Shown here one piece after another: positions 18,919 through 27,299 of a stretch of DNA of 64,000 nt (its first letter is position 1; each line of letters starts with the position of its first letter). A program made the position numbers and the translations under genes. The notes below the pieces were generated by a model. That model was not told the origin of the DNA. It ran no database searches and saw nothing but the letters and a program-made list of their open reading frames with translations. This DNA is from Candidatus Doudnabacteria bacterium. GTDB taxonomy: Bacteria; Patescibacteriota; Doudnabacteria; UBA920. The stretch is taken from contig CAWINB010000001.1 in the NCBI GenBank assembly GCA_963837465.1, positions 220,981-284,980 on the forward strand, given 5' to 3'.

Positions 18919-19926
18919 CTACCGCGAGCTCAAAATGCTTTTTTTGTAACTGTTGAGGTTATCCAAGGCCACGCCCGTGCCTTTGGCCACGCAGAGCAGC
19001 GGGTCTTCGGCCAAAAAGCAGGGCACGCCCAGGCTTTGGGAAATATAATGGTCAAGGTTACGGAGCAAGGCCGTGCCGCCTGTCATCACCATCCCCTTGT
19101 CTATAATATCCGAGGCCAGCTCCGGCGGCGTTTCCTGGAGCACGTGCTTAACCGCCTGGGCGATTTCCAAAAGCTCGTCGGAAATAGCCTGCACCACTTC
19201 GTTGGTGGAAATAGTCACGGGCTTGGGCAGTCCGGTTAAATTGTCGCGGCCTTTTATTTCCATGACCTCTTCTTCGTTTAAAATAATGGCGCTGCCGATA
19301 TTGATTTTAATTTCTTCGGCCGTACGGTCGCCGATGGCCAGGCCGTGTCTTTTTCGCACAAAGTTGATAATCGCCTGGTCCAGCCGGTTGCCGGCCACGC
19401 GCACCGAAGCGGAATTGACAATGCCGCCCAGGCTTAACACGGCCACGTCGGTGGTGCCGCCGCCGATATCTATAATTAAGTTGCCCCGCGCCTCGCTGAT
19501 GGGAATGCCCGCGCCAATGGCCGCGGCTACGGTTTCTTTAATCACGTAGGCGCCTTTGGCGCCGGCGGCCATGGCGGCATCCACCACGGCGCGGCGTTCG
19601 GTGGAGGTAATGCCGCCGGGCACGGAAATCATAACTTCCGGACGGAAAAACCGGATGTTGCCCAAAGCCTTATTTATAAAATAACGGAGCATGGCCTCGG
19701 TAACGCGGTAGTCGGCAATGACTCCGTCCTTCATGGGCCGCGACGCCACAATGCTTTCCGGCGTGCGGCCGAGCATTTCCTTGGCTTCCTGACCGACTGC
19801 CAAAACGCGGTTGTCATCCAAAGAAATAGCCACCACGGTCGGTTCGTTTATAATTATTCCCCGCTTTGGCACGTAAACCAGAGTATTGGCCGTGCCCAAG
19901 TCTATACCGATTTTAGTTTCGAACAT
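18919..19926 (-). CDS. mreB: Rod shape-determining protein MreB
   Basis: IGIDLGTANT, DIGGGTT and TGGTALL motifs. Confidence 0.96.
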   Translation of the reverse strand: MFETKIGIDLGTANTLVYVPKRGIIINEPTVVAISLDDNRVLAVGQEAKEMLGRTPESIVASRPMKDGVIADYRVTEAMLRYFINKALGNIRFFRPEVMISVPGGITSTERRAVVDAAMAAGAKGAYVIKETVAAAIGAGIPISEARGNLIIDIGGGTTDVAVLSLGGIVNSASVRVAGNRLDQAIINFVRKRHGLAIGDRTAEEIKINIGSAIILNEEEVMEIKGRDNLTGLPKPVTISTNEVVQAISDELLEIAQAVKHVLQETPPELASDIIDKGMVMTGGTALLRNLDHYISQSLGVPCFLAEDPLLCVAKGTGVALDNLNSYKKSILSSR

Positions 19927-19928
19927 CT

Positions 19929-20010
19929 AAATTGGAATTATGAATTAGGAATTAGGAATTATGGGCCTTGATCATAATTCCTAATTCATAATTCCTAATT
20001 CATAATTCAG
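19929..20010. repeat. Inverted heptamer repeat element (GAATTAG/GAATTAT)
   Basis: (GAATTA[GT])n faces ([AC]TAATTC)n, abutting the mreB start; same family as 58147-58227. Confidence 0.85.
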
Positions 20011-20075
20011 AACCTATTATACCAAAATCCCCAATGTTGTCATAGCCCTTAAAATTAAGCTATAATTGATACAAT

Positions 20076-21371
20076 ATGTCCAATAAAATCCGTTATCTGC
20101 TTATTGCCGCGGGCTTTGTGGTTTTTGCGCTTTTGGCTCCGGCCATTATTTTATATGTGCGGGGAATTAGTTACGACTTTGGCACCGGCGGCTTTGTCAG
20201 CACCGGCATTTTGGCCACCCGCGCCCAGCCTTCAAACGCGGAAATTTTTTTAAACGGCAAACTGAAAAGGACAACCTCGGGAGACATAAGATTTCTGGTT
20301 CCGGGGGAATATCAAATTACTTTAAAAAAATCCGGTTACCAGGATTGGAGCAAGCGCCTGCCCGTCAATTCCGGGCAAGTGACATGGACCAACGGCAGCA
20401 ACAGCAGTGTTTATTTACTGCTGGCGCGACCGCGGGCGCAGGTTTTGGACGGCGGCGTTTTGGATTTTAACGGGCAAAACGGCGGCGTGGCTTATTTAAC
20501 CGCCAATGATTTTGTAATCTACCAGGGAGGCCAAAAACATAATTACGTCTTACCGCAAAGCGTGGATACCATCCTGGCCTCAGACAGCGGAAATAAAAAT
20601 TTTGTCCTGGCCAGTTCCGGCACAACGTCGGTGGCGACAATTTTAACTTTCAACTCCGGCCTGGGCACATTTAATAATCTGACCGGCTTGTTTACATCAA
20701 CGCCCCAGGTCCAATATGACTCCGGACAGCTGTACGCCTTAAGCGCGGGCACGCTCTACGCGGTTGACGCGGCCAATAAAACCAAAAGTCCGGTTTTTAA
20801 CAATGTCGGCGCGTTTTATTTTGAAGCCGGCAATTTGTATTTTATACAGCAGGCGCCGCAAAGCGCGCCCAAACTTTTTGTGACACAGTATCCTTTTGCC
20901 CAAACGGAGCAATTGGGTGACAGTCTGCCCGCTTTTGGCAACGGACAAATTTTTGCCACTTTTGAAAAGCAGATATTTTTGCTGCTGGACGACAACTTAT
21001 ACCTGGCCGGCCCAAGCGGCCCGCAGCTTCTGGCGGCGGGTGTCAGCCAGTCCCGGTTTAACGCCGAAACATCAATCCTTTCCGTTCTGCATTCCGGAGA
21101 GTTTGATTACTACGATCCTCTGTCAGCCAGCCTGAATTTTGTGACCCGCGACAGCCAGCAGCTTTATGGCCTGACCGTAAACACTTCCATAGGATACGCG
21201 TTTTTTGAAAAAAATAACCAAATCCAGGCCATTGAACTGGATATCAGAGACAGCCAAAACCAGTACGTTTTATACCAGGGCGCGGATATAAAAAAATTCA
21301 TCCTGGACGCCAAAGGCAAAACCATGACAGTTTTAGATTCGGGGCAGTTAAAAACTCTGCCTATAAGGTAA
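20076..21371 (+). CDS. PEGA domain-containing surface protein
   Basis: TM segment, then QPSNAEIFLNG..PGEYQITLKKSGYQDW. Confidence 0.85.
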   Translation: MSNKIRYLLIAAGFVVFALLAPAIILYVRGISYDFGTGGFVSTGILATRAQPSNAEIFLNGKLKRTTSGDIRFLVPGEYQITLKKSGYQDWSKRLPVNSGQVTWTNGSNSSVYLLLARPRAQVLDGGVLDFNGQNGGVAYLTANDFVIYQGGQKHNYVLPQSVDTILASDSGNKNFVLASSGTTSVATILTFNSGLGTFNNLTGLFTSTPQVQYDSGQLYALSAGTLYAVDAANKTKSPVFNNVGAFYFEAGNLYFIQQAPQSAPKLFVTQYPFAQTEQLGDSLPAFGNGQIFATFEKQIFLLLDDNLYLAGPSGPQLLAAGVSQSRFNAETSILSVLHSGEFDYYDPLSASLNFVTRDSQQLYGLTVNTSIGYAFFEKNNQIQAIELDIRDSQNQYVLYQGADIKKFILDAKGKTMTVLDSGQLKTLPIR

Positions 21372-21393
21372 TTTTTTTCCTCAAAGGCAGCCT

Positions 21394-21804
21394 TCAAGGG
21401 GAAAAGCGGGCTTCATCAATAGCCAGGTTGACCAGCTTGTCGGCTTCCTTGTTCCGCTCCCTGGGTACGTGGGAAAAAAGCACGGACTTAAAATTATTTT
21501 TGAGTTTCAGTACTTCCGAAGCCAGCTCACGCAGAGTCGGCTCTTTTATTTTATATTGCCCGTTCATCTGGCGGACAATCAATTCCGAATCCATTTTTAC
21601 CGTTAAGTCCAAAGCGCCGATTTTTACCGCCTCGCTTAAGGCCAAAATTAAGGCGCGATACTCGGCCACGTTATTGGTGGCTTGGCCGATGTATTGCTTA
21701 TGTTCGGCGATAACTTCATTCCGATCGTCCCGAAACACCACCCCAATTCCGGCCGGCCCCGGGTTGCCCCTGGCGCCGCCATCGGTATTTATGATTAAAT
21801 TCAT
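21394..21804 (-). CDS. rnhA: Ribonuclease HI family protein
   Basis: TDGGARGNPG, TNNVAEY, DSELIV and NKEAD motifs. Confidence 0.93.
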   Translation of the reverse strand: MNLIINTDGGARGNPGPAGIGVVFRDDRNEVIAEHKQYIGQATNNVAEYRALILALSEAVKIGALDLTVKMDSELIVRQMNGQYKIKEPTLRELASEVLKLKNNFKSVLFSHVPRERNKEADKLVNLAIDEARFSP

Positions 21805-21892
21805 ATAAACATTTTAACATAAAGCATGTTAGCATAAAACATCCAAGCAATGCCCGCGCGCTTAAATGCTTACATGTTTATACGCTCTGTGA

Positions 21893-23653
21893 TTAGATAA
21901 GCTTTAAATCTATTATCCTCAACTTCACTTCCTTTTTTCCATTCCATTCATCGCACATCAGTTCCGCAGCGATATCTACAGTATCCCCTATTTTAAGATT
22001 CTTGGCAAAATTAGACGCACTGAACATTATCCCCGCCACTTCTTTGTCGGCAATCCTGAACTTAATTTGGAGGTGAGAGCTTTGCTTACCAACCAGCTTT
22101 ACGGAAATGACTCTGAATTTGGGCATTAAAAATATCGGCTTTGGGTTGCCGATGCCGAAGGGTTCCAGTTGTAGTAACAAGTGACAAGTGACAAGTGACA
22201 AGTCTGTGGGTTCAAGTTCCGCTTCAAGGCGCAGTACAGGCGATGAGTCGTCATCCGCTGAATTTTTATCCGCGTATTCCAGGATTTTTTGGTAAAAAAT
22301 TCCCAGATGTTCATTTTTTACAGTCAGTCCGGCCGCCTGCTTGTGGCCGCCAAAACGCACCAGATGCCGCGAAGCATACTTTAATGATTCCACAACATCA
22401 AAATTCCCCGCAGTTCGCGCCGACCCTGTGGATTCCAACTCCCCTTTTTCCAAAACTATCACGGGCTTGTAAAATTCCTCGGCCAGCTTGCCGGCTACTA
22501 AGCCGACCACCCCTTTATGCCAATCGGCATTGGATAAGACCAAAATCTTTCTTTCCCCAAGCAGCAAGGCGGCTTCACGGGCTTCGCTGACAATCCTTTG
22601 GGTAATGTCCTGCCTGCGCCGGTTGACAGTTTCCAAATCAGCCGCTTTTGGCATTGCGCTTTCCAAATTATTTTCCAGCAATAAATCCAAAGCCTGGTCC
22701 GCGTGCTCCAGCCGCCCGGCCGCGTTTAAACGCGGGGCGATAATAAAACCTAAAGTGTAAGTGTCGGGCGGATTTTTCGCAAAATCCAAAGCCGAAGATT
22801 GGGCCAAAGCGCGCAAACCGGGCCACTTGGTCTTTCGCAAAACCTTAAGCCCATACTTTACCAGTATCCGATTTTCACCCATCAAAGAATGACAGTCCGC
22901 CACGGTGCCAATAGCTACCAAATCGAGCAGCCATTTTTCCCATCCTGGGATGTGTTGTGTGGGGGCGAGCTTCAGCCGCCCGTCATCAAAGGGCGGGCGC
23001 GCAAGCGCGGCCCCTGCACGGACCGCGTCAGACAAAATTCCGCACGCCAATTTAAACGCCACTCCCACACCCGTAATTTCATGGTAAGGATAAGTATCTT
23101 CGGAATTTTTGGGATTAATTAAAGCGTAAGCATCGGGAGTGGGACCGATAATTTCATGGTGGTCGGTAATAATAAAATCAATACCATTTACTTTGCAAAA
23201 TTCCGCCGCGTCCACCGAGTTGGTGCCGCAGTCTACTGTAATGATCAGACCGGCACCGCCATCTTTGATTTTTTCCAGCGCCTCTAAATTCACCCCATAA
23301 CCTTCCGTAAACCTGTCGGGAATATAACTTTCCATATTCTGGTGTCCAAGATATTTAAACGTCTGCCGCAAAACAGCATTAGCCGTCACCGCGTCGGCAT
23401 CGTAATCGCCATAAATACAAATTTTTTCTCCGCGATCAACAGCCAGCCAAATCCTGTCCACGGCCTTTTGCATATCCTTAAACAAAAAAGGGCTGTGCAA
23501 ATTTTCGTACCTGGGGTTTAAAAAATCCGCTGTCTGATGTTTATCCGTCAGCCCCCTATTGTATAAAAGTTGCCTCATCAGAGGCGGGTATTCCGATAAC
23601 TTTTCAGCAACATCCTGGGGAATTTGTGATTTTAATTTCCAAATTTTAGGCAT
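21893..23653 (-). CDS. recJ: ssDNA exonuclease RecJ with in-frame repeat insertions
   Basis: GDYDAD, TVDCG, TDHH, PRLNAAGRL and FGGHKQAAG motifs. Confidence 0.95.
   Translation of the reverse strand: MPKIWKLKSQIPQDVAEKLSEYPPLMRQLLYNRGLTDKHQTADFLNPRYENLHSPFLFKDMQKAVDRIWLAVDRGEKICIYGDYDADAVTANAVLRQTFKYLGHQNMESYIPDRFTEGYGVNLEALEKIKDGGAGLIITVDCGTNSVDAAEFCKVNGIDFIITDHHEIIGPTPDAYALINPKNSEDTYPYHEITGVGVAFKLACGILSDAVRAGAALARPPFDDGRLKLAPTQHIPGWEKWLLDLVAIGTVADCHSLMGENRILVKYGLKVLRKTKWPGLRALAQSSALDFAKNPPDTYTLGFIIAPRLNAAGRLEHADQALDLLLENNLESAMPKAADLETVNRRRQDITQRIVSEAREAALLLGERKILVLSNADWHKGVVGLVAGKLAEEFYKPVIVLEKGELESTGSARTAGNFDVVESLKYASRHLVRFGGHKQAAGLTVKNEHLGIFYQKILEYADKNSADDDSSPVLRLEAELEPTDLSLVTCHLLLQLEPFGIGNPKPIFLMPKFRVISVKLVGKQSSHLQIKFRIADKEVAGIMFSASNFAKNLKIGDTVDIAAELMCDEWNGKKEVKLRIIDLKLI
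22958..23018. repeat. REP-like doublet inserted in frame in recJ
   Basis: GTGGGGGCGAGCTTCAGCCGCCC..GGGCGCGCAAGCGCGGCCCCTGC, encoding AGAALARPPFDDGRLKLAPT. Confidence 0.75.
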
Positions 23654-23713
23654 AAACCATTGTATCAGCATTAACCCGCATTGACAAAAAAAATAAAATC
23701 ATATAATAAAGAT

Positions 23714-23804
23714 AATAGGTATCAATTACCGGCAGTAGGCTATCTTAACTTTTAGGAGCACGACTGACTAAAACAACTTCTCCACAAGAGAAGTTGTTTT
23801 GTTT
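23714..23804 (+). ncRNA. Predicted small RNA B, complementary to the anticodon arm of tRNA-like RNA B
   Basis: TTGACA(23681)-N15-TATAAT(23702) promoter; TAGGTATCAATTACCGG (23716-23732) is the exact reverse complement of 23869-23885; 13-bp terminator hairpin at 23770-23800. Confidence 0.65.
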
Positions 23805-23844
23805 AAGCCACATTTTATGATATGCTTACATTGTCGGAAGTTTG

Positions 23845-23932
23845 GGAAGTCGAAGTCAGCCGGGCTGACCGGTAATTGATACCTACCAGGTTCCGCTAAC
23901 AGCGGAATACGGTTCGACTCCGCCGGCTTCCG
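23845..23932 (+). ncRNA. tRNA-like RNA B: 8/4-type (allo-tRNA/Sec-like) body, long variable arm, probable anticodon GAU, no encoded CCA
   Basis: 8-bp acceptor GGAAGTCG/CGGCTTCC plus G; D stem GTCAG(C)/(G)CTGAC; GGTA/TACC stem around loop TT-GAT-AC; variable arm TTCCGCT/AGCGGAA; T arm CGG-TTCGACT-CCG; TGnTATGCT promoter at 23818-23826. Confidence 0.75.
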
Positions 23933-24073
23933 ATACTTCCTTTCTCAAACCACCATTCTAAAATGATGCGCTAAGAGAGATGGGCAGGTTAGGAAGCTGC
24001 CCGGGGTCTTTTTTTTATCGAGGTTATATCCTCGGGTTTCGGTAGGTGTGGAGCCTACGCCCGCCTCTTTGTT

Positions 24074-24358
24074 TTAATAAAACCTCCTTGTCCTTGCTGT
24101 AATTCCATCTGGAATTTCGCAGCTGGTTTGGCCTGACCTTAACAGTTTCAGGCAGTATTTTTTGATAGTCTTTGGATTTGCAGTGACTTCATACCTCAAC
24201 CATCGGCTCATACAGATTTCAATTTCGTGGTTTAGTGGTAGTATGCACTTTAACACATGGGTGACATTAAAACCTGCTTCCGAATAAGTGACAACAAAAT
24301 CACGGCATCCAGTTTTTTGCAAAACATAAGTCAATCGGTCTGGCGGAAAGCTGAACAT
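24074..24358 (-). CDS. Orphan hypothetical protein
   Basis: 94-aa ORF, 10 bp downstream of the preceding gene. Confidence 0.55.
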   Translation of the reverse strand: MFSFPPDRLTYVLQKTGCRDFVVTYSEAGFNVTHVLKCILPLNHEIEICMSRWLRYEVTANPKTIKKYCLKLLRSGQTSCEIPDGITARTRRFY

Positions 24359-24368
24359 GGTTTATAAT

Positions 24369-25133
24369 CTATTCCTCCTCTCCGTTAATTAAATCCCTTA
24401 GGATGTAGAAGTTCAGCCACTCTGGGATTGTTCCGTGACCTTTCGCAAGCTCGCGCCAGTCAGTAGCACCGTGGATTTGTCCGAGTTGTGAAAGCAAAGC
24501 CGCGAGCTCTTGTTCTGGCATAGCAAGACAGTCGATCAGCAGTAAATCAATCCTTGTCATCAAAGCCCCAAATTTAGCCTTCAATACTGGTATTGCCTCA
24601 AACGGCTTGCACTCGGCAATTTTTACCCCAGCAGCTAAACTGACTAGCTTAAGGATGAGCGAGGTGCAATTCTCCTGACCAGGAAGAATTTGTTTACCGT
24701 ATTTGTTGGCCCAATGACGGGCTTGAAAAACGGGCATTGCAATGGTCCCTTGCCGCAAAGCCGAGTAAAACTGGGCCACATAAGCAATTTGATATTCGGA
24801 TAAGTCCAGAGTGCATTCGGACTGAACCCAGTGCCAATCGCAATTAACAGCGAGCAACCCCGGGACGCCAAATGCCAACGCCATTTCGCCTTGAGGCGTA
24901 AGGTTGCCAGAGCCATCGTGAAAATTTGGATTGCGCTTAACGCCTCCGGTGAAGCGGTAAAGTGCTCCGTTTACTTCCAACCCCAATCCACCGCCAGCGG
25001 TGTAGCCGTGTCTTCCCTGATCGCCACAGAATACCCGCAGATATGGAGTGGTTTGTTTTTTGCGTTCTTCGTACGCCAGACGGCGCACCACACCATAAGG
25101 CACAGAGGGTCTTGCTTCGTCACCATTGAACAT
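24369..25133 (-). CDS. Hypothetical protein, weakly resembling permuted papain-like (PPPDE/NlpC) folds
   Basis: GLEVNGALYRF..ENCTSL pattern; GGAG SD upstream; the fold assignment is tentative. Confidence 0.6.
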   Translation of the reverse strand: MFNGDEARPSVPYGVVRRLAYEERKKQTTPYLRVFCGDQGRHGYTAGGGLGLEVNGALYRFTGGVKRNPNFHDGSGNLTPQGEMALAFGVPGLLAVNCDWHWVQSECTLDLSEYQIAYVAQFYSALRQGTIAMPVFQARHWANKYGKQILPGQENCTSLILKLVSLAAGVKIAECKPFEAIPVLKAKFGALMTRIDLLLIDCLAMPEQELAALLSQLGQIHGATDWRELAKGHGTIPEWLNFYILRDLINGEEE

Positions 25134-25305
25134 TTTTTACTCCGTATGTCCTATGTAGAGGACAGTCTGTTTTATCACAATTGTGATATATTGCCAGTTC
25201 GTCTTCCAAGGCTTTATTCAACTTAGTCAAGGAAATGACTTTGTTGATAAGGACTGAGATGACGGTTCCGAAAATTGAACTTACAACGATTTGGATCAGA
25301 GTCAA
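25120..25305 (-). CDS. Small single-TM protein
   Basis: GAGG SD before TTG; hydrophobic N-terminus; HNCDKTDCPLH motif; overlaps the start of the next gene. Confidence 0.55.
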   Translation of the reverse strand: MTLIQIVVSSIFGTVISVLINKVISLTKLNKALEDELAIYHNCDKTDCPLHRTYGVKNVQW

Positions 25306-25408
25306 TTTTTTCCTCTTTCTTTGTAAACGAGTATCCAGCGCATGCTTTTCGCTTACGATGTCAAAGTGCTTTTACGCTGGCTAAAAAAGACTTAAATCAG
25401 CTTTAGCC

Positions 25409-25445
25409 AAAACAAAAACACCTTCCGCAAAGCCGGGAGGTGTTT
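25409..25445 (-). terminator. Leader (attenuator-like) terminator
   Basis: Minus-strand AAACACCTCCCG-GCTTTG-CGGAAGGTGTTTTTGTTTT. Confidence 0.7.
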
Positions 25446-25480
25446 GAAAATTTGAGGAGATGGCCGATGTTATCGGCGCG

Positions 25481-25561
25481 CTACATTATCAAACCCGGAC
25501 TTCGCGAAAGCAGAGTCCAGTTCCAGATATTTTGTGCTTTAATGCTAAAGATTGTATTCAT
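25481..25561 (-). CDS. Putative 26-aa leader peptide MNTIFSIKAQNIWNWTLLSRSPGLIM
   Basis: Begins just after a TTGACA..TAAAAT promoter (about 25568-25596) and ends before the terminator. Confidence 0.45.
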   Translation of the reverse strand: MNTIFSIKAQNIWNWTLLSRSPGLIM

Positions 25562-25682
25562 AAAACTATTTTAATCCAAATACTCCGTTTTGTCAAGTTC
25601 CGTTTGCGCTAGCGTACTAGTACGCTAAAACATGCGAAATTTTGCGGGATTGTCGAGGAATGAATATTTTTTAAACAGCTTC

Positions 25683-27299
25683 TTAGCGCTTTTTTGGCAC
25701 CTCGTCTATGGCATCCAGAAGATTGATGCCGGTCATTTCCGGTGGTTTGGGCAAGCCAAACAGTTCCAAAATTGTAGGGGCGATATCGCTTATGACGCCG
25801 GCCGGCACCTGGGCCGACAGGGAGTTAAAATCGGCATCCAGCGGCTTTGGAAATTTAAATTCATTGGCGGCCAGCAAAAGGGGCACCGGGTTGGTGGTGT
25901 GGTCTTTGTCTATGTCGCCGGTCCTGGGATTTATCATCTGCTCGCAGTTGCCGTGGTCGGCGGTTACAATAAGCACCGCGTCCGCGGCCAGAATAACGTC
26001 CAAAATCCTTTGCAGACACCTGTCTACGCTTTCGACCGCCGAGATGGCGGCGTTCAAGTTGCCGGTATGGCCGACCATGTCGCAGTTGGCAAAGTTAGCC
26101 ACAAAAAAATTCGTTGCCGAGCCGGAAATTTTTTCCGTTAAAAAGTCCGCCAATTTTACCGAGGACATTTCGGGATGGTCGGCATAATTGCTGCTGTTTT
26201 CCGGGCTGGCCACAATCAGCCTTTCTTCGCCCGAAAATTTTTCCGTAATTCCACAGTTAAAAAACGCGGTAACATGGGCGTACTTTTCGCTTTCGGCAAT
26301 GTGAAACTGGGTCAAACCTGCCGAAGACAGTACCTGGGCCAGGCTATTTTTAAGGGTTGCCTGGGCAAAAGCCACCTTAGACGGCAGCTCGGGAGCGTAT
26401 TGGGTCATGGTGGCAAAATAAAGATTCTGCAAAGGCTCCCTCCGGAATTCCGGCGGAACCAGCTCAGGCCGCAAAAAAGCCTGGGACAGCTGCAGCGCGC
26501 GGTCGGAGCGAAAGTTAAAAAATATAACCGCGTCGTTATCCTGAATTTTTCCGGTGGGCAAACCGTACTCATTTAATATAACGGTCGGTTTAATCATCTC
26601 ATCAAAAATCTGGGCTTTGTAACTATCGGCCACGCACTGTTCCGGCGAGCCGGCTGCTTGGCCGACACCATCGACCATTGCCCGGTAAGTCGCCATAGTC
26701 TGAGCCCAGTGGCCGCCGCGGTCCATGCCGTAAAATCTTCCGGTTATAGTGGCTATTTTCCCAATGCCTATTGTGGCCATTCTTTCCCTAAGCTTAGCCA
26801 AGGACTCCAAGGCTATTTTTGGCTCGGTATCGCGGCCATCGGTAAACATGTGGATAAAAATTTTTTTTTGCCCGCGCTCGGAGGCCATGGACAATAGGGC
26901 GTAAAGATGTTCGTCAAGGCTGTGCACGCCGCCGGGGCTGACCATGCCTATAAGATGCAGCGAGGAATTATTTTTTTTGCAGTGGTCAAGGCTAGCCAGG
27001 AAAACGGGATTTTTAAAAAACTCGCCGCTCTGGATGGCGCCGCTAATCCTGGGTAAATCCTGGCCCACAATCCTTCCCGCGCCTATGTTTAAGTGGCCGA
27101 CTTCGCTGTTGCCCATTTCCCCCCACGGCAGTCCCACCAGCGGACCCGACGCCTGCAAAGTCAGGCTGGGAAAATTGCCGACAATAAAATTCAGGGCCGG
27201 GGTGCTGGCCCGGCTAATGGCATTACCCCGGCCGGCCGGAGCTACTCCAAAACCGTCCAGAATAACAAGTACGACTTTTTTATAAATCTTATGTTTCAT
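25683..27299 (-). CDS. gpmI: 2,3-BPG-independent phosphoglycerate mutase
   Basis: ILDGFG, MGNSEVGH, DMVGHTG and TADHGN motifs. Confidence 0.96.
   Translation of the reverse strand: MKHKIYKKVVLVILDGFGVAPAGRGNAISRASTPALNFIVGNFPSLTLQASGPLVGLPWGEMGNSEVGHLNIGAGRIVGQDLPRISGAIQSGEFFKNPVFLASLDHCKKNNSSLHLIGMVSPGGVHSLDEHLYALLSMASERGQKKIFIHMFTDGRDTEPKIALESLAKLRERMATIGIGKIATITGRFYGMDRGGHWAQTMATYRAMVDGVGQAAGSPEQCVADSYKAQIFDEMIKPTVILNEYGLPTGKIQDNDAVIFFNFRSDRALQLSQAFLRPELVPPEFRREPLQNLYFATMTQYAPELPSKVAFAQATLKNSLAQVLSSAGLTQFHIAESEKYAHVTAFFNCGITEKFSGEERLIVASPENSSNYADHPEMSSVKLADFLTEKISGSATNFFVANFANCDMVGHTGNLNAAISAVESVDRCLQRILDVILAADAVLIVTADHGNCEQMINPRTGDIDKDHTTNPVPLLLAANEFKFPKPLDADFNSLSAQVPAGVISDIAPTILELFGLPKPPEMTGINLLDAIDEVPKKR

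Noticed and set aside
23845-23932. Genuine selC tRNA-Sec
   Set aside because: The body is Sec-like but there is no TCA anticodon, the T stem is short and no sel genes are in the window.
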